A DNA stretch of 64,000 nucleotides, taken from the NCBI GenBank assembly GCA_024704765.1, contig JAKMXF010000360.1, forward strand, positions 80,395 to 144,394. Reading direction: 5' to 3'. The notes under the pieces are model-generated. The model was given only the letters and a program-made list of their open reading frames with translations, was not told the origin of the DNA and made no database searches. Within the stretch, counting starts at the first letter, position 1; each line of letters opens with the position of its first letter. Source of the DNA: Oopsacas minuta (taxonomy: Eukaryota > Animalia > Porifera). The position numbers and the translations under genes are program-made. Below are positions 40,188-53,198 of the stretch, piece by piece.

Positions 40188-40796
40188 TCAAGAGGTGTTG
40201 ACTGTAGAAGAGATGGTTTTGCCAAAAATCTTAGTCATAAACCACAAACCAGTTGTGCCACCTGGTACATAACTACACAGATACCATAGCAACGCCAAGA
40301 GCTGAAGAATGCCAAACAATAGAGTGAGAGGAGTGGAATGTAGCAGGACAGAAGCAAGTAGGGTGAGCAGGAGGGTAGCGATATAACTCAGAGTAAATGG
40401 GAGTCTCTGGAGAGATAGGATATGTGTCAGGTGTGCCCACGGACCCCAGAGGAACGAGAAGCTACCTAGGGTGCAGATAGACCCCAGTGTGAAGAGGAGA
40501 GCAAATCTCCTCGCCTTTAGGACGATAAGAGGAACCAGTAGACCCGCTAACACAAAGAATATTATACCAAGTCCCAGAGAGATCAGGAATCCGACTAGTC
40601 TCTCCTTCCTGCCCAGACTAGGTACCCATTCAGTCTCCTGTTCTTGTGATCCCCTCCACCATCTGGCCAGTATACCCTCTCTGCCACTTGTTACCTCTCC
40701 TGCCTCCACGTCAGGTGGTTTAGTGTCACCTCTTGTCAGAGTTATGCTACTTGTAAGTGGCTTCTTAGAGAATATATTCATATATGCTAACATCAT
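40188..40796 (-). CDS. SFT2D3: Vesicle transport protein SFT2D3-like
   Basis: LGRKERLVGF...LKARRFALLFTLGS...YLCSYVPGG (Got1/Sft2 family). Confidence 0.9.
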   Translation of the reverse strand: MMLAYMNIFSKKPLTSSITLTRGDTKPPDVEAGEVTSGREGILARWWRGSQEQETEWVPSLGRKERLVGFLISLGLGIIFFVLAGLLVPLIVLKARRFALLFTLGSICTLGSFSFLWGPWAHLTHILSLQRLPFTLSYIATLLLTLLASVLLHSTPLTLLFGILQLLALLWYLCSYVPGGTTGLWFMTKIFGKTISSTVNTS

Positions 40797-41486
40797 AATT
40801 AAATTATAATAATCATCCTATGATATGACATAATTCACACCTCAATGACAAGTATAAACAATTTATATAGCATATTTTAACACCTATTAGAGTTAGTATA
40901 TATTCTATTAATAGTTTATAACAAAACTCTTTTATCGTTAAAGTCGTATAAAACACAAATAATGTATTAACCTCAAAATATGAGATTTTAACACCTTTAG
41001 CCTTTATAAGTCATATAATTATTAAATATTAGATTTATCATTAATAATTCAAGAATAAAGCTTTGATGCAATTTTTATGGCAGAAAAATTCACAAAAGAA
41101 TTCACCAAAATTTGTAGCTTAAACGCTTAAACTTTTACAGATTTATTATCTTAACAAATAATCACTGAATAGAAATATTAAACAAATCAGATTAGTTTTC
41201 CTGTTACTTGCGATATAAACAAACAATCCATGGTGTGACACACGAGTGTAATATAAAGGTGTTTATAAGAACATTCCTTTGGTAATTATACACAACCACA
41301 CATAATGGCCTGAATAGGTATGTAGCTAGCATTCAGCTATGAATCAGTAGGCTTACCCAGTCTAGCCATAAATTACAGATTTCTAAATATATTCTATTAT
41401 TTATTCTAGCTTTACTCCATAGTCCATTATTTGTTGTTATTTGTTGATGTTTGTTGATGTTTGTTGTTGTTTAGATTGTTAGCTAA

Positions 41487-44400
41487 ATGAATCACAACAG
41501 TCATCATCTACGGAGCCTGTCACTCGACTCAAATTGCGCAGAAGAGGTTTGTTATTGTTTATATTCATATTTTCACACCTATTTCAGTTCTTGTTTTCAA
41601 GATTAGAATATTTGATTATTTTTGTTATTATTTACTATTTTAGTCCCCTGTAAAGTATGAAACAATAGCAGAATCAGTTCTGGACAGTAACTCTCCGCTA
41701 TCAGCTGATCTACTCAGACACTCAGCTGAGTTCCTTGTAAGATTTATTGTTATTTACTTGTTTGTTTGTTTGTTTATTTATTTGTTTGTTTACTAGTCTA
41801 TACCGTTACAACACTCTAAATCGGATCCTTCTCTGTCTATTCTGACAGATCATGACCTCATCCATCATAACAGGTCTAACTCAGCTCTTACAGATGAGTA
41901 CAGATTAGACAGGAGTCCCTCCCGTCCGATTTCCCCTGTTTCTGATCATTTCAACTCCCTTAACTCCTCTCTGGGAGCTCTGTCCTCTAATGGGTCCTTC
42001 TCACACCCTCACTCTCCCTATTTCTCTCAGAGGTCTTCTTCCTCCTACTTTGATGGGTTAGTTTGTTATTATTTATTATAAGCAAATAATATATTTATGT
42101 CACTACATATTTGGCGCGTAGTTGTTGTTTACGCGGTATTTCGCCGTCATTGCGCTATATTATTTGCATAGTTACAGTGTGTGTATTAGGAATGCAGACA
42201 ATAATTATAACGCAAATATTCATTATTACTTTCTGATTTCTCATTGATTATTCTATTTTTAGAATTATCAAATCATTCCTTTGAATGATGTAATCGCTAT
42301 GATAATAGATCAATTGTCATTTGTTATTCTAATTTGAAAGGTGTTAATTATTGTTTATTTGCTATAATAATATACAACAATAGAATACAAATTTGTCGGC
42401 TATACAAACAGGGTGCTAGGGAGGCTGAAATATGCTGCTTCGTTTCTGCCATATTCCCATTATCACAGGCCTATTTATGACTTTACTATTGTACCCATGG
42501 ATTCTGTTTATAGATATGAAGATAATCAGAGTATGAACAGCTCTATCATATACAATAGCGGAGGGAGAGGAACTCCTAACTCTATATTCTCTAATGGAAA
42601 TGGAACCACTAATCAGTTCTCTACCCCTGATCCCCTGGTGTCCAATTCGGGACCCATGTACTCATCAGCTGATGAGTACTCTCATAAGAGACCCTCCACA
42701 GCTCACACCCCCTCTAGATCTCCTCTCATGTCCTCTCAGGTACTCTATCATTTTATTGGTTAATCAGATCTATGTATCAGCTGATTACACTATTGTAATT
42801 CTGGTCACGGGTCAATAAATATTATTAATTCAATTATACATAGAATAGAGCGTGTGTGTATTTGTATAGCCTCCTATTCTTATGAATAATCATGTGTATA
42901 ATCATCACACCTCTTAGAACGGAATTGATTGGTCAGAGGGTAACTACTCTAATCAGCCTGGGTCTCCTTCTCTTTCACAGCCCTCTCGCGGGAATTCACA
43001 CCTCAGGGGGAGACACTCTGCCCCCCACACCCCCCAGATCTCTGAGAGCGGTCTCCTGTCTTCTCAGGGAGGAATGGATTCATCTATTCTACAGCAACAA
43101 CAGATGCTACAGAATCAATTGTTACTTCTACAATTACAATCACAGGCTCAATCAGTTAGTTACCATGGTTATCGGTGGGTGTTATAGGCATTTACATGAT
43201 TGTTTTTAGAGCCCGTTACTGGCTGCTTATGCCCTCCAGCAACATCAGCTGTTAGCTTCAGGTCCCATGGGTACACCGGCTCAGTACCCTGGGGGTACTG
43301 GACCCCAAACAGGTTACCCAGCAAATCAGGACCCATACTCCGCTCTGGCTGCTTCTCTCCCTCTCCTGTCTCAGGGGTATACTCCATACCAACAGGGGTA
43401 CAACTGGGTGTCCCCTGCTCCTCCCTACCTGACCCCTCAGCAGCAGATGCTCAGGAATAGTCTCTTAATGAGTACATCACACTCTGCTACACAGGCTAAG
43501 GAGAATCATCACGGTAAACTATCCTATTATATGAAAGTAATTATAGCTTAGAATTGATTGTATTATCCATGGTTATTCTAATAGATAAACCACATTATCC
43601 TCACACCTCTTCTAACCAATCAGAATCAGATCTTGTGACTAGTGAGCCTCTGGATGAGTCCCCTCTCCCTGGGGGTAACTCTGTCCTGTCTGCTCTGTCT
43701 CAGCTACAACTGTCTAACAACTCTGTCTCACAACTAAACTCAACCAATCAGAATACAGATAGCAAATCCCCTACCCATCTAACACCTGATATTAACTCCT
43801 CTCCCAATGCATGCCATTCTAACAAGTCAGTTGCTATGCTAATATTATGATAATTTCTTTTGATTGTTATCTCTGCTAGGAGGAAGGACAGTCTGTGTGG
43901 TCGTAGCAAACTGTTGGAAGATTTCAGGAATAACAGATGTCCGAATCTACAGCTGAGAGATCTAACAGATCATATTACAGAGTTCTCTAAGGATCAGCAT
44001 GGTTCTAGGTATGTTATAAATATATACAGGTGTGACAATGTGTATATACCCTGCTGTATAGATTCATACAACAGAAGTTAGAGAGAGCTACTGTCCAGGA
44101 GAAGGATCTAGTATTCGGAGAGATATTACCGGATGCTTACTCACTAATGACAGATGTGTTTGGTAATTACGTTATACAGAAATTCTTTGAGTTTGGGACT
44201 TCTGATCAAAAGCATACTCTAGCTACTAATGTACAGGGTCGTGTCCTCCCACTCTCCTTACAAATGTATGGCTGTAGAGTTATACAGAAGGCTCTAGAAT
44301 GCATTCCACAGGACCAACAGGTTGTCAAGTTATTATCCTTTATTAATCCTGTTATTTTATTGGTTGTATGTGTAGAGTGGGATTGTACAGGAATTAGATG

Positions 44401-45347
44401 GTCACGTATTAAAATGCGTTAAGGATCAGAATGGTAACCATGTTGTGCAGAAATGTATAGAATGTGTAGACCCTCACCACCTAGAGTTTATTATTGGATC
44501 ATTCAGAGGACAGGTATGTGATTACTGATGATATATACTTCCTTACTGTACAGTCTTAACGGGTGTATATACATATACAGGTGTATCAGCTATCTACACA
44601 CCCTTACGGATGTAGAGTTATACAGAGGATCCTAGAGCATTGTACGGCAGAACAGACACAGCCTATACTCAAGGAGTTACATCATCATACAGACAAGCTT
44701 GTACAGGATCAATATGGTAACTATGTTATACAGCATGTGTTAGAGCATGGAAGAGCTGAAGATAAGACTAAAATAGTAGCAGAAATGAAAGGAAAAGTTC
44801 TTACACTATCTCAACACAAGTTTGCTAGGTTAGAACACTTTAACACTTTACTTAACTGTATCATAATTCCCTGTATTACTATGCTATCCTTGATTCTCAA
44901 ATTCTCTCCAGGGATATTCCAGCAGTCCCGTGAATGTTGTCCAATTTGTAAATAAATAAACTTTCTTCTATTTTTAGTAACGTAGTAGAGAAATGTGTCT
45001 CCCACGCCTCCAGAGCTGAGCGCACGTCTCTCATAGATGAAGTCTGCTGTTGTCAGGAAGGGTAAGCATTCCTTACATATCTATTGTACATATTGGTTAC
45101 CATCTGCCCCTATAGAGCTCTATACACTATGATGAAGGACCAATTCGCTAATTATGTTGTACAGAAAATGATAGATGTAGCTGAGGCCAATCAAAGAAAG
45201 GTGTTAATGTTTAAAATAAAGCCTTATATGTCTACTTTAAGGAAATACACATATGGAAAACATATATTATCAAAACTTGAAAAGTATTTCATGAAACCGG
45301 AACCTTCCCTCGCTTGTCTAAACCCACCACTTTACGACACATTTTAA
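41487..45347 (+). CDS. PUM: Pumilio (PUF) RNA-binding protein; start approximate
   Basis: [48 protein letters not shown] and [13 protein letters not shown]. Confidence 0.97.
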
Positions 45348-46031
45348 CACCTTCACTTCCTCTCTGCGCTTTTATGTGTATTCTCTGTGTTTAGTAGTTA
45401 TGTACAAATCTTGATTTTTGTATATTTTTAACACCTAGCACGTGGTATATTTTGATAAATGTAAATTGTACTTAGTGTGTGACTCGTATATTTCGCTGAC
45501 AATCATTTCCCTTCTCTCCTATCTCGCATCCAATGAATCTTCACTTATTTGTATACAGTAGATACTATCACTTCTTGTCTGTTAGATACTTCAATGACTA
45601 ATTATTAACTCTATTATTCTCATATTCTTATTAATTAAGGGATAATTGCGGACTGAGGAGTCAAGGGTGTAACTCTGGAGTTTCTTATTTTAGATCAGTT
45701 ATAATTCAGGGAGCATCTGTCTGTATATTAATCCTGTACTCATTTACTGATAACTTCCATTTCCTGCATGGAGCATTGCTTTATACGTATTTGTTCAACT
45801 CTAATAGAATTAATTAGCATATGTTACTATCAGCTCTAATTCCTTCTCCCTCATCTCCTGTCGTTAAGAGCTTATAAGGTTATATCAAATATTATAGATA
45901 CAAATTAGTATCCGGTATCATGTTGCTAGGATAGGTAATGGAATATTCTAGATAATATACTTATAATTCTATCAAATGATGGTTGCAGATATCAGTAATA
46001 TTTGCTGAATAATCAAACTTAGATCATTCTA

Positions 46032-46079
46032 GTATCACTGGAGTATCATTTGGTATCATTTGGTATCATTTGGTATCAC
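46032..46079. repeat. Five GTATCA boxes, including a (GTATCATTTG)x3 tandem, upstream of GCLC
   Basis: Read directly; ends ~62 bp before the ATG at 46142. Confidence 0.8.
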
Positions 46080-46141
46080 GCGTGTATTATAGTATAAATA
46101 CGAATAAATATATATTAGTATTATTAAATATTAATTCATAA

Positions 46142-48492
46142 ATGGGACTATTAATAATAGGATCTCCACTAACCTGGGGAGAGACTAAGAAGTACATACG
46201 TCATGTACGTCAGGCGGGAATTCAGCAATTCCTGCATATGTATGATACACATAAACATTCTAAAGACATTGCTCTGTTGTGGGGTGACGAGATAGAATAC
46301 TCAGCTATATATCTAGACCATTCAAGGAATGAAGCTAGAGTAGCACTAGTAGCATCAGATCTCCTGCCCTCTCTAGAGGGTAAGGGAGGATTCCTGTGGG
46401 CTCCTGAGTTTGCTGATCATATGATAGAGGGTATACCCGGGGAACCATTCAGTGATAGTATTACAGAGCTGTTAGGAATAGAAACATTTCTAAAGAATAG
46501 GTAAATACTTTGTTGTTATTACTGTTGTACTGTGGTTGTTATTATTTGTTGTTTAGACGTGAGTGTTTATCAGAAGCTCTAACAGCTGTTAATCCTAGCA
46601 TAATACCTCTAACTATTACTACTTTCCCTCGTCTGGGGTGTAGTCGGTTTACTGAACCTACTTTTATACCGTCTGGGGATTACGGGAAGTCATTCTTCTT
46701 TCCTAATGATGTTATTAATCATCACACAAGATATAGGTATGTAAACAAACAAACAAACAAACAAACATTTATATATTTGTTATTGTTTAGAAGTTTTGAG
46801 CAGAACATAAGAGAGAGGAGAGGAGAGAGGCCTGCTATTAATATACCAAGTATGTTACTCTAAGGTGTTAGAATATTCATATTTAATATATTATTATTAT
46901 TATTGTTTTTAGTGTATATTGACACAGATACAGATACAAACTACTTCACAAATCAACAGCTGATTCACAATGAACCTGAGAACCCCGCCAAACCTGGACA
47001 CATATATATGGATCATATGGGATTTGGAATGGGTAACAGTTGTTTACAGGTAAACAATCAGATTATAAGCATTTGTTGTTTATTTGTTTGTTTAATTATT
47101 TGTTTATATTAGATGACTTACCAAGCTGCTAATCTTGATCAAGCTCGATACATGTATGACCAACTATCATTAATAGGACCTATAATTGTAAGTAAACAAA
47201 CAAACAAGCTGGCAAATAAACAAACACTTACCCTTTATGTGTATGTTAGGTAGCTCTATCAAACTCCTCTCCTCTCTATCACGGGTTTATTTCTGACTTA
47301 GATTGTAGATTTGAGGTTATTGAGCAGTCAGTAGATGATAGGACCAGACAGGAGAGACATGTAAGCTGTTTGTTTGTTTATTTGTTTATTGTTTGTTTAT
47401 ATTTTTTGTTTACAGTCTTCTCCTACATCTTTCCCTAACTCACGGTACTCAGTGATAGATTGCTTCATAGCAACGGATATGTATAATGATATGTCTGTGT
47501 TAGTAGATCAGGAATCTTATGATACATTAACATGTGCTGGTAAGTATATCATTATTAGCCACGATTTGTTATTGTTTATGATAAATTTATTGTTTACAGG
47601 TGTTGATAACATTCTGTCCAGACACATCGCTCACCTATTTGCTCGTGACCCCCTGATCCTGTATTCAAACACCCTAGAAATTGATAACACTGCTTCATCT
47701 GTACATTTTGATAATCTTAATTCTTCTAACTGGAATAATGTTAGATTGAAACCTCCTCCTCACGGCTCCACCGGATGGAGGGTAGAGTTCAGACCTATTG
47801 ATGTAAGTATTTGTTTGTTTGTTTATTTGTTTGTTATTAATATTATTTATTTTTAGGTACAACTCACAGATTTCGAGAACGCAGCATTTATGATTTTCGT
47901 GAATTTACTTTTGAGGGTTTTCTTAGACAAAAATATAAATTTATATATTCCTGTTAGTCAAATGCAGGAAAACTTCAAAAGATCATTCAAGAAAGATTCC
48001 TGTAAATCCCAGGAGTACTACTTTCGGTCAGATATTTTCACACCTCTTCATAGCAATACATATGACTCTGTGGTATGGGATATTAACACTATTATTAACG
48101 GAAAGGAAGGAATATTTGGCGGGTTTTTGGATCTAATTAGAGAGTATATTAACCAATCAGATGAGCTGAATAGTGAGCAGAAGTTGAAGTTAGTTCCATA
48201 TTTGAATCTTATTAGAGACAGAGCTAGAGGTAATTGGAACTATAGATTATATATACATATGATATTTTATGTTAACGCCTTTCTAGGTCAGCTGATGACA
48301 GGAGCTAATTGGATTAGAGAGTTCGTATTATCTCACCCTAATTACAAACATGACTCTGCGGTGTGTGAGCAGATATGCTTTGATCTTATGGTGTCAATCA
48401 GCAAACTATCCAATCACACTAGTCATAACTCATCCACACAGCTGACAGGAAATAATTTCTCATCTTTCTTTTTGATAGAAGATGAATTGTGA
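46142..48492 (+). CDS. GCLC: Glutamate-cysteine ligase catalytic subunit
   Basis: [38 protein letters not shown] and GWRVEFRP. Confidence 0.97.
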
Positions 48493-48608
48493 ACTTGATT
48501 TGTTTATTTATTTGTTTATTTGTTTATTTATCAATTATATTCTTTATTTGTTTAACTGTAGTAATCTGTTCATTAATGTTTATTATATTTCCTCAGTTGT
48601 TTACTAGA

Positions 48609-49538
48609 ATGAATTTTTGTGTATTTGTGCTGGTTATTCAATTGCTCGGATTCTCATCAGCCCTCATAACACTAACAGAGATAACTTCTGATAATGTTGA
48701 TACATTTTTATCGAACAATTGTCCCCCTTCTCTGATCCTCTCTGGTCCTCCTAGCGACCTCGCGACTCGTGCTGAGGAGTTCATTGGTTCATTGATCCCC
48801 TCCATAATGGAAGAGCTCCCCCAGTTGTCCTTCTACAGATTGGCCAATGGTGATCAGTTCCCTGAATTATCAGCTGTTTTGAAGCTATCAGCTGTTCCTG
48901 ATGAATTTATATTTAAGAGAAATTCATTGGTTAAGAAGTTTAGAGGGAAATTAGGTCGATCAGCTTTCATAACATTTATTTGGAATAATATTGAGGATTA
49001 CGTCATAGATTTATCTGACACTAATTTTGAAAAAATTACAGGTGTTTATACCTGGGACCAGCAATCTGATTGGTTGATTCAGTTCCATGCTAAGCGGGCC
49101 TATACGAAGGATCTCTTTAATGAGGTGGGGTATCGTCTGAAGGGGTTCACTAATCTGGCGCGTGTCAATGTGACCAATTGTCCCTATTTAGAGGACAGGT
49201 TCTCCCCCCTCTTGGACAACTTAACACTCCCCGCTACTCTGTTCTTCAGGAATAGAACCATATACATTTATAACGGTAAACTAATTGCCTCTAATTTCGC
49301 TGAATATTTAAGAGATTTCTTTTACAACCCTAAACGCTATCATAAAATGATGTATAAGACAGGACCCACCCCCTACCATGTACCCGCTCCTGTCCGTACC
49401 TACTACACCATACTGGACTACCTGGTACTACCGGAAGTATATAACACCTTACTTATGATTATAATAGCTATTATAATATCAGCTGTTAGGATAAAGTTAA
49501 AGAGATTAGAGGCGGAGGGTAGCAAGAAGGAAGAATAG
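48609..49538 (+). CDS. Thioredoxin-fold single-pass membrane protein lacking CXXC
   Basis: Signal peptide; VIDLSDTNFEK...DWLIQFHAK...NLARVNV is a thioredoxin-like pattern with no WCxxC; C-terminal TM followed by a KKEE end. Confidence 0.7.
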   Translation: MNFCVFVLVIQLLGFSSALITLTEITSDNVDTFLSNNCPPSLILSGPPSDLATRAEEFIGSLIPSIMEELPQLSFYRLANGDQFPELSAVLKLSAVPDEFIFKRNSLVKKFRGKLGRSAFITFIWNNIEDYVIDLSDTNFEKITGVYTWDQQSDWLIQFHAKRAYTKDLFNEVGYRLKGFTNLARVNVTNCPYLEDRFSPLLDNLTLPATLFFRNRTIYIYNGKLIASNFAEYLRDFFYNPKRYHKMMYKTGPTPYHVPAPVRTYYTILDYLVLPEVYNTLLMIIIAIIISAVRIKLKRLEAEGSKKEE

Positions 49539-49814
49539 GTGTGAAAATGTGTATATACACATGAGAGATTATATTTGTTATGTCAGTACTGAGATTGTGA
49601 TTTTATAGATTATATTTGGTGTCATACAAGCATGATATAGTGAGGTATCCATAGCAACCATTGTTGAGTAAAATATGTGATTGGTTTAGTGGTTTATACT
49701 AAAATTACTCAGCAAAAAGTCATAGCTCTTGCATACCTATTCACCAGGTGGTAACCAATGTAGATATGTATAAATATCACAAATTTGAATAATGTAATTA
49801 GTAATTAGTGTGAA

Positions 49815-50768
49815 ATGGCGAATCAAATCGATCCCAGCGTTCTATTGGAAGATTTCGAATTAGGAGATTTCTGTTTTGACGGAGACACTCACCTCCCTTG
49901 TCAGCACGATAACTTCGAGAAATTGATAGGAATTGGTTCCGGTAATTTCGGATCAGTCTCTATGTATAAACACAAGGAGACAGGAAGTAAATTGGCGCTT
50001 AAAAAGCAGAGGTTTTCATTGGAGGAGCATCCTAAGATGGATCGTGTGGTTGGATTAGAAGAAATAAAGTTATTACAGAAATCCACACAATGTGAATTCA
50101 TAGTAAACTTCTACGGAGCTTATTTATACGAAGGACACATATACATAGGGGAAGAACTGATGGAGAGCAGTCTCTTACAGGTACTGGAGATGGCTACAGA
50201 GAAGAATATACTCCTGCCGGAGCCCCTCTTAAAGAAGATCGGTTATTCCGTCTGCACAGCTCTAAAATTCCTGTTAGGTATAAATTACATGCATCGGGAC
50301 ATAAAGCCTTCTAATATATTACTGAGTAGTGATGGAGTGTTTAAGTTGTGTGATATGGGTATAGCAGGAGATCTGATTAAAGGTGTTGATACTCAGATAG
50401 GGTGCAAACTGTACCTCCCACCTGAGAGACTCACCATTTCTCACACAGCTTATACATACAAGTCTGATATCTGGGCTGTGGGCATGACCATGTTAGAGCT
50501 AGCGTTAGGGAAGCATCCGTATGTGAAGGGTAAATCTGATCCGACACTATTCGAGATTTATGGGTATGCCCTTGGTTCCCCTCCAGAGCCCCCTACCACA
50601 CGGTCTGAAGACCTCCAGCTGCTGATCTCCCAGTGTCTCCAGAATGACCCCCTCAAGCGTCCGGACTATACCCAGCTACTTCAGATGGCATTCCTACAAT
50701 CAGCTGAGCTCGATTCATTCGTAACAATTGACTGGTACAAATCCTTATGTGAGGAGCATGAACAGTGA
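49815..50768 (+). CDS. MAP2K: Dual-specificity MAP kinase kinase (MKK3/6-like), intronless
   Basis: GSGNFG, ALK, HRDIKPSN, DMG, GCKLYLPPERL and KSDIWAVG. Confidence 0.88.
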   Translation: MANQIDPSVLLEDFELGDFCFDGDTHLPCQHDNFEKLIGIGSGNFGSVSMYKHKETGSKLALKKQRFSLEEHPKMDRVVGLEEIKLLQKSTQCEFIVNFYGAYLYEGHIYIGEELMESSLLQVLEMATEKNILLPEPLLKKIGYSVCTALKFLLGINYMHRDIKPSNILLSSDGVFKLCDMGIAGDLIKGVDTQIGCKLYLPPERLTISHTAYTYKSDIWAVGMTMLELALGKHPYVKGKSDPTLFEIYGYALGSPPEPPTTRSEDLQLLISQCLQNDPLKRPDYTQLLQMAFLQSAELDSFVTIDWYKSLCEEHEQ

Positions 50769-50883
50769 ATGATTGTAGATATTTAATGTTTGAATTATTT
50801 GATATGACACCTCTTAATTAATTAAATGAGATACTAACACCTCTTAACTTGTAAATAATAACAAATTAATAATATTTTCATAG

Positions 50884-53083
50884 ATGGAACCGTTCCCCTT
50901 GTCTGCAGGCGCCAATATGCGATTAGAATACGGCTGCTCTCAGCCAATCAATTTCTTTGCTTATCCGTGTGGTCCTACACTGATAGCTCAGCCTACAGCC
51001 AGACAAGAAGGGGTATACCTTAACAACGGATTCTCACATTTGGAATCTACTCAGGAATTCCTGGCTATGAAGTCATCTCCGTCTGAACTACTGGTGACGT
51101 CATATCCTGAGAATACACTACCTTCCTTCAGGATGCAAACAAGCTGTTCTGGGAAGAAGAGACCTCTCTCTTCCTACTCCATATCTCCTGGTTTGTTGTT
51201 TGTTTACTAATTTGTTTATTAATTTGTTTACTAATTATTCTAGAAATAGACCATGCTATGCGTTTCACGCCTGAGACTATGTACAGACCATTTGGCCAAT
51301 CATCTGTCAGGACACCGTCTACAGGATCAGCTGGGTCGGTAGGACACTTAACACCTCGAGCACACTCTCTAAAGAGACCTATGTTATCACCTCATACTCC
51401 CACCAATCAGAATCCTTACTCACATAGACCCATGAGTGCTCATGTAGGAGATTGCCATCTCTTCCCTGTTCATCATCAAATTGGTTTGTTAAGTTTATTT
51501 GTTTGTTTACTTGTCTATTTATGTTTATTTACCTATAGGTGCGTACACATACCATCCTCACACCTTCTATCCGTCCCCTCTAGCCCTGGAGTCCCTCAGT
51601 CCTCCAGGCATAAGTCCCTGTCACTTCAAGAGACAGGTAACATCTCCAGACTCCCAAGAATTTGTCCCATATATGTCCCCACTAGTAGAGGCTAATACAG
51701 GTATATTCCTTGACTACCATAAGTGGTACTAGGTATTTATTATATTCCCAGATTGTGATGAGGATAAAGTACTACTTCCTGAACCTGATAGTCCTGTTTG
51801 TGAAGATTGTCATGTGTGCAGATGGAACAGCTGTGGATTAGAGTTCAAACAGCTGGAGAATATGGTTACTCATATAAAGTCAGATCACATCATACAGGTG
51901 AGAAATCTTTGTTTACTTATTTGTTGTTGTTTATTGTTCAGCTAATTAGGGTGTGGGATTAACGAGGGAGTTCGTGTGTCACTGGCAGGGGTGTGCTAGA
52001 CAGCTAAAATCTTTCAAGGCTCAGTACATGCTAGTGATTCATCTGAGAAGACACACGGGAGAGAAACCACACAAATGTCACTACAAACTTTGCTGTAAGG
52101 CCTATTCCCGGCTGGAGAACCTAAAGACTCATATAAGATCACACACAGGTATTTGATTGGTGGATTATACGTCATAGACAGCTCTAATTGATTCATATTG
52201 TTTAGGCGAGAAGCCGTATCATTGTGAGTTCCAAAACTGTGAGAAATCATTCTCTAACGCCTCTGACAAGGCTAAGCATCAAAACAGGACACATTCCACT
52301 GCTCGACCCTTTGTCTGTAAGAACACCGGATGTACCAAGAGGTACACAGATCCCTCCTCTCTTAGGAAGCACGCCAAGAACTGTACCCTACTTCCCAAGG
52401 TTCTCAGACATTCTACGGATTTCCCTGATCTTAAAACTGAACCCTGTTCTGAGGACTCAGTATTTGAGTCCAATCAGGATCCTCTTGACACTTCGCAACC
52501 CTATCACTGTCCTCTCTCCGTGGATAATACCTTAGAGTTCTTACTCCCAGAATCTGATCCTCTCTCCCCCTTTCACACCTCTAGTCCTGGGGTGCTAGTA
52601 TCCCCCCAATTCTCTGAGGGACCTCAATTCGGATACGCCTGCAGGAACGATAAGTCAATAGACTCTAGTCTCTCCTATCTGACCTCAGGCCTGGGGTCTT
52701 CAGTTATATCAGACGGGGGAGCTTCCTTCCTGCAATCACATCTTTATCCTTTCTCCCCTTCAGACTCTGAGTACTCTGATCTAATCTCAGAGGAGTCTTA
52801 TAGACACGCCGTCAGCCTCCCTCCTATATCCCCTACCTCTTCTCTCTCCAGTGATACCCGGTCACACGTATCAGCTGTTCCTCATCTCCCTAAAATACGT
52901 AGACACACATATACAGACCCTCCCTCCTATTCGTCACTCTGCAACCGTTATAGTGACGTCACACAGGATAATAACCTCTTATTCAGCTCACTTAGCGACC
53001 ATATGGATACTCTGGTATGTGAGAATCAGCTGTTCGGATTATCTAGTAACGCTGTCAAGCTGAATGGACTGAAAATTGATTAG
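50884..53083 (+). CDS. GLI: Gli zinc-finger transcription factor
   Basis: Five C2H2 fingers including [51 protein letters not shown] and [10 protein letters not shown]. Confidence 0.95.
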
Positions 53084-53198
53084 AGAACTTATTTTATACT
53101 TTTTATTGAATTAATTTATTTTTCTGCATTTTTGCTATAATTAATTGTTTTTTAATATTTGTTTATTTTATTCTTAACTTGTATTTTGATTGGCTAGC

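Noticed and set aside
45350-46000. Pumilio autoregulatory elements in its 3' UTR
   Set aside because: Only partial TGTA matches were seen, with no clear UGUANAUA, in AT-rich sequence.
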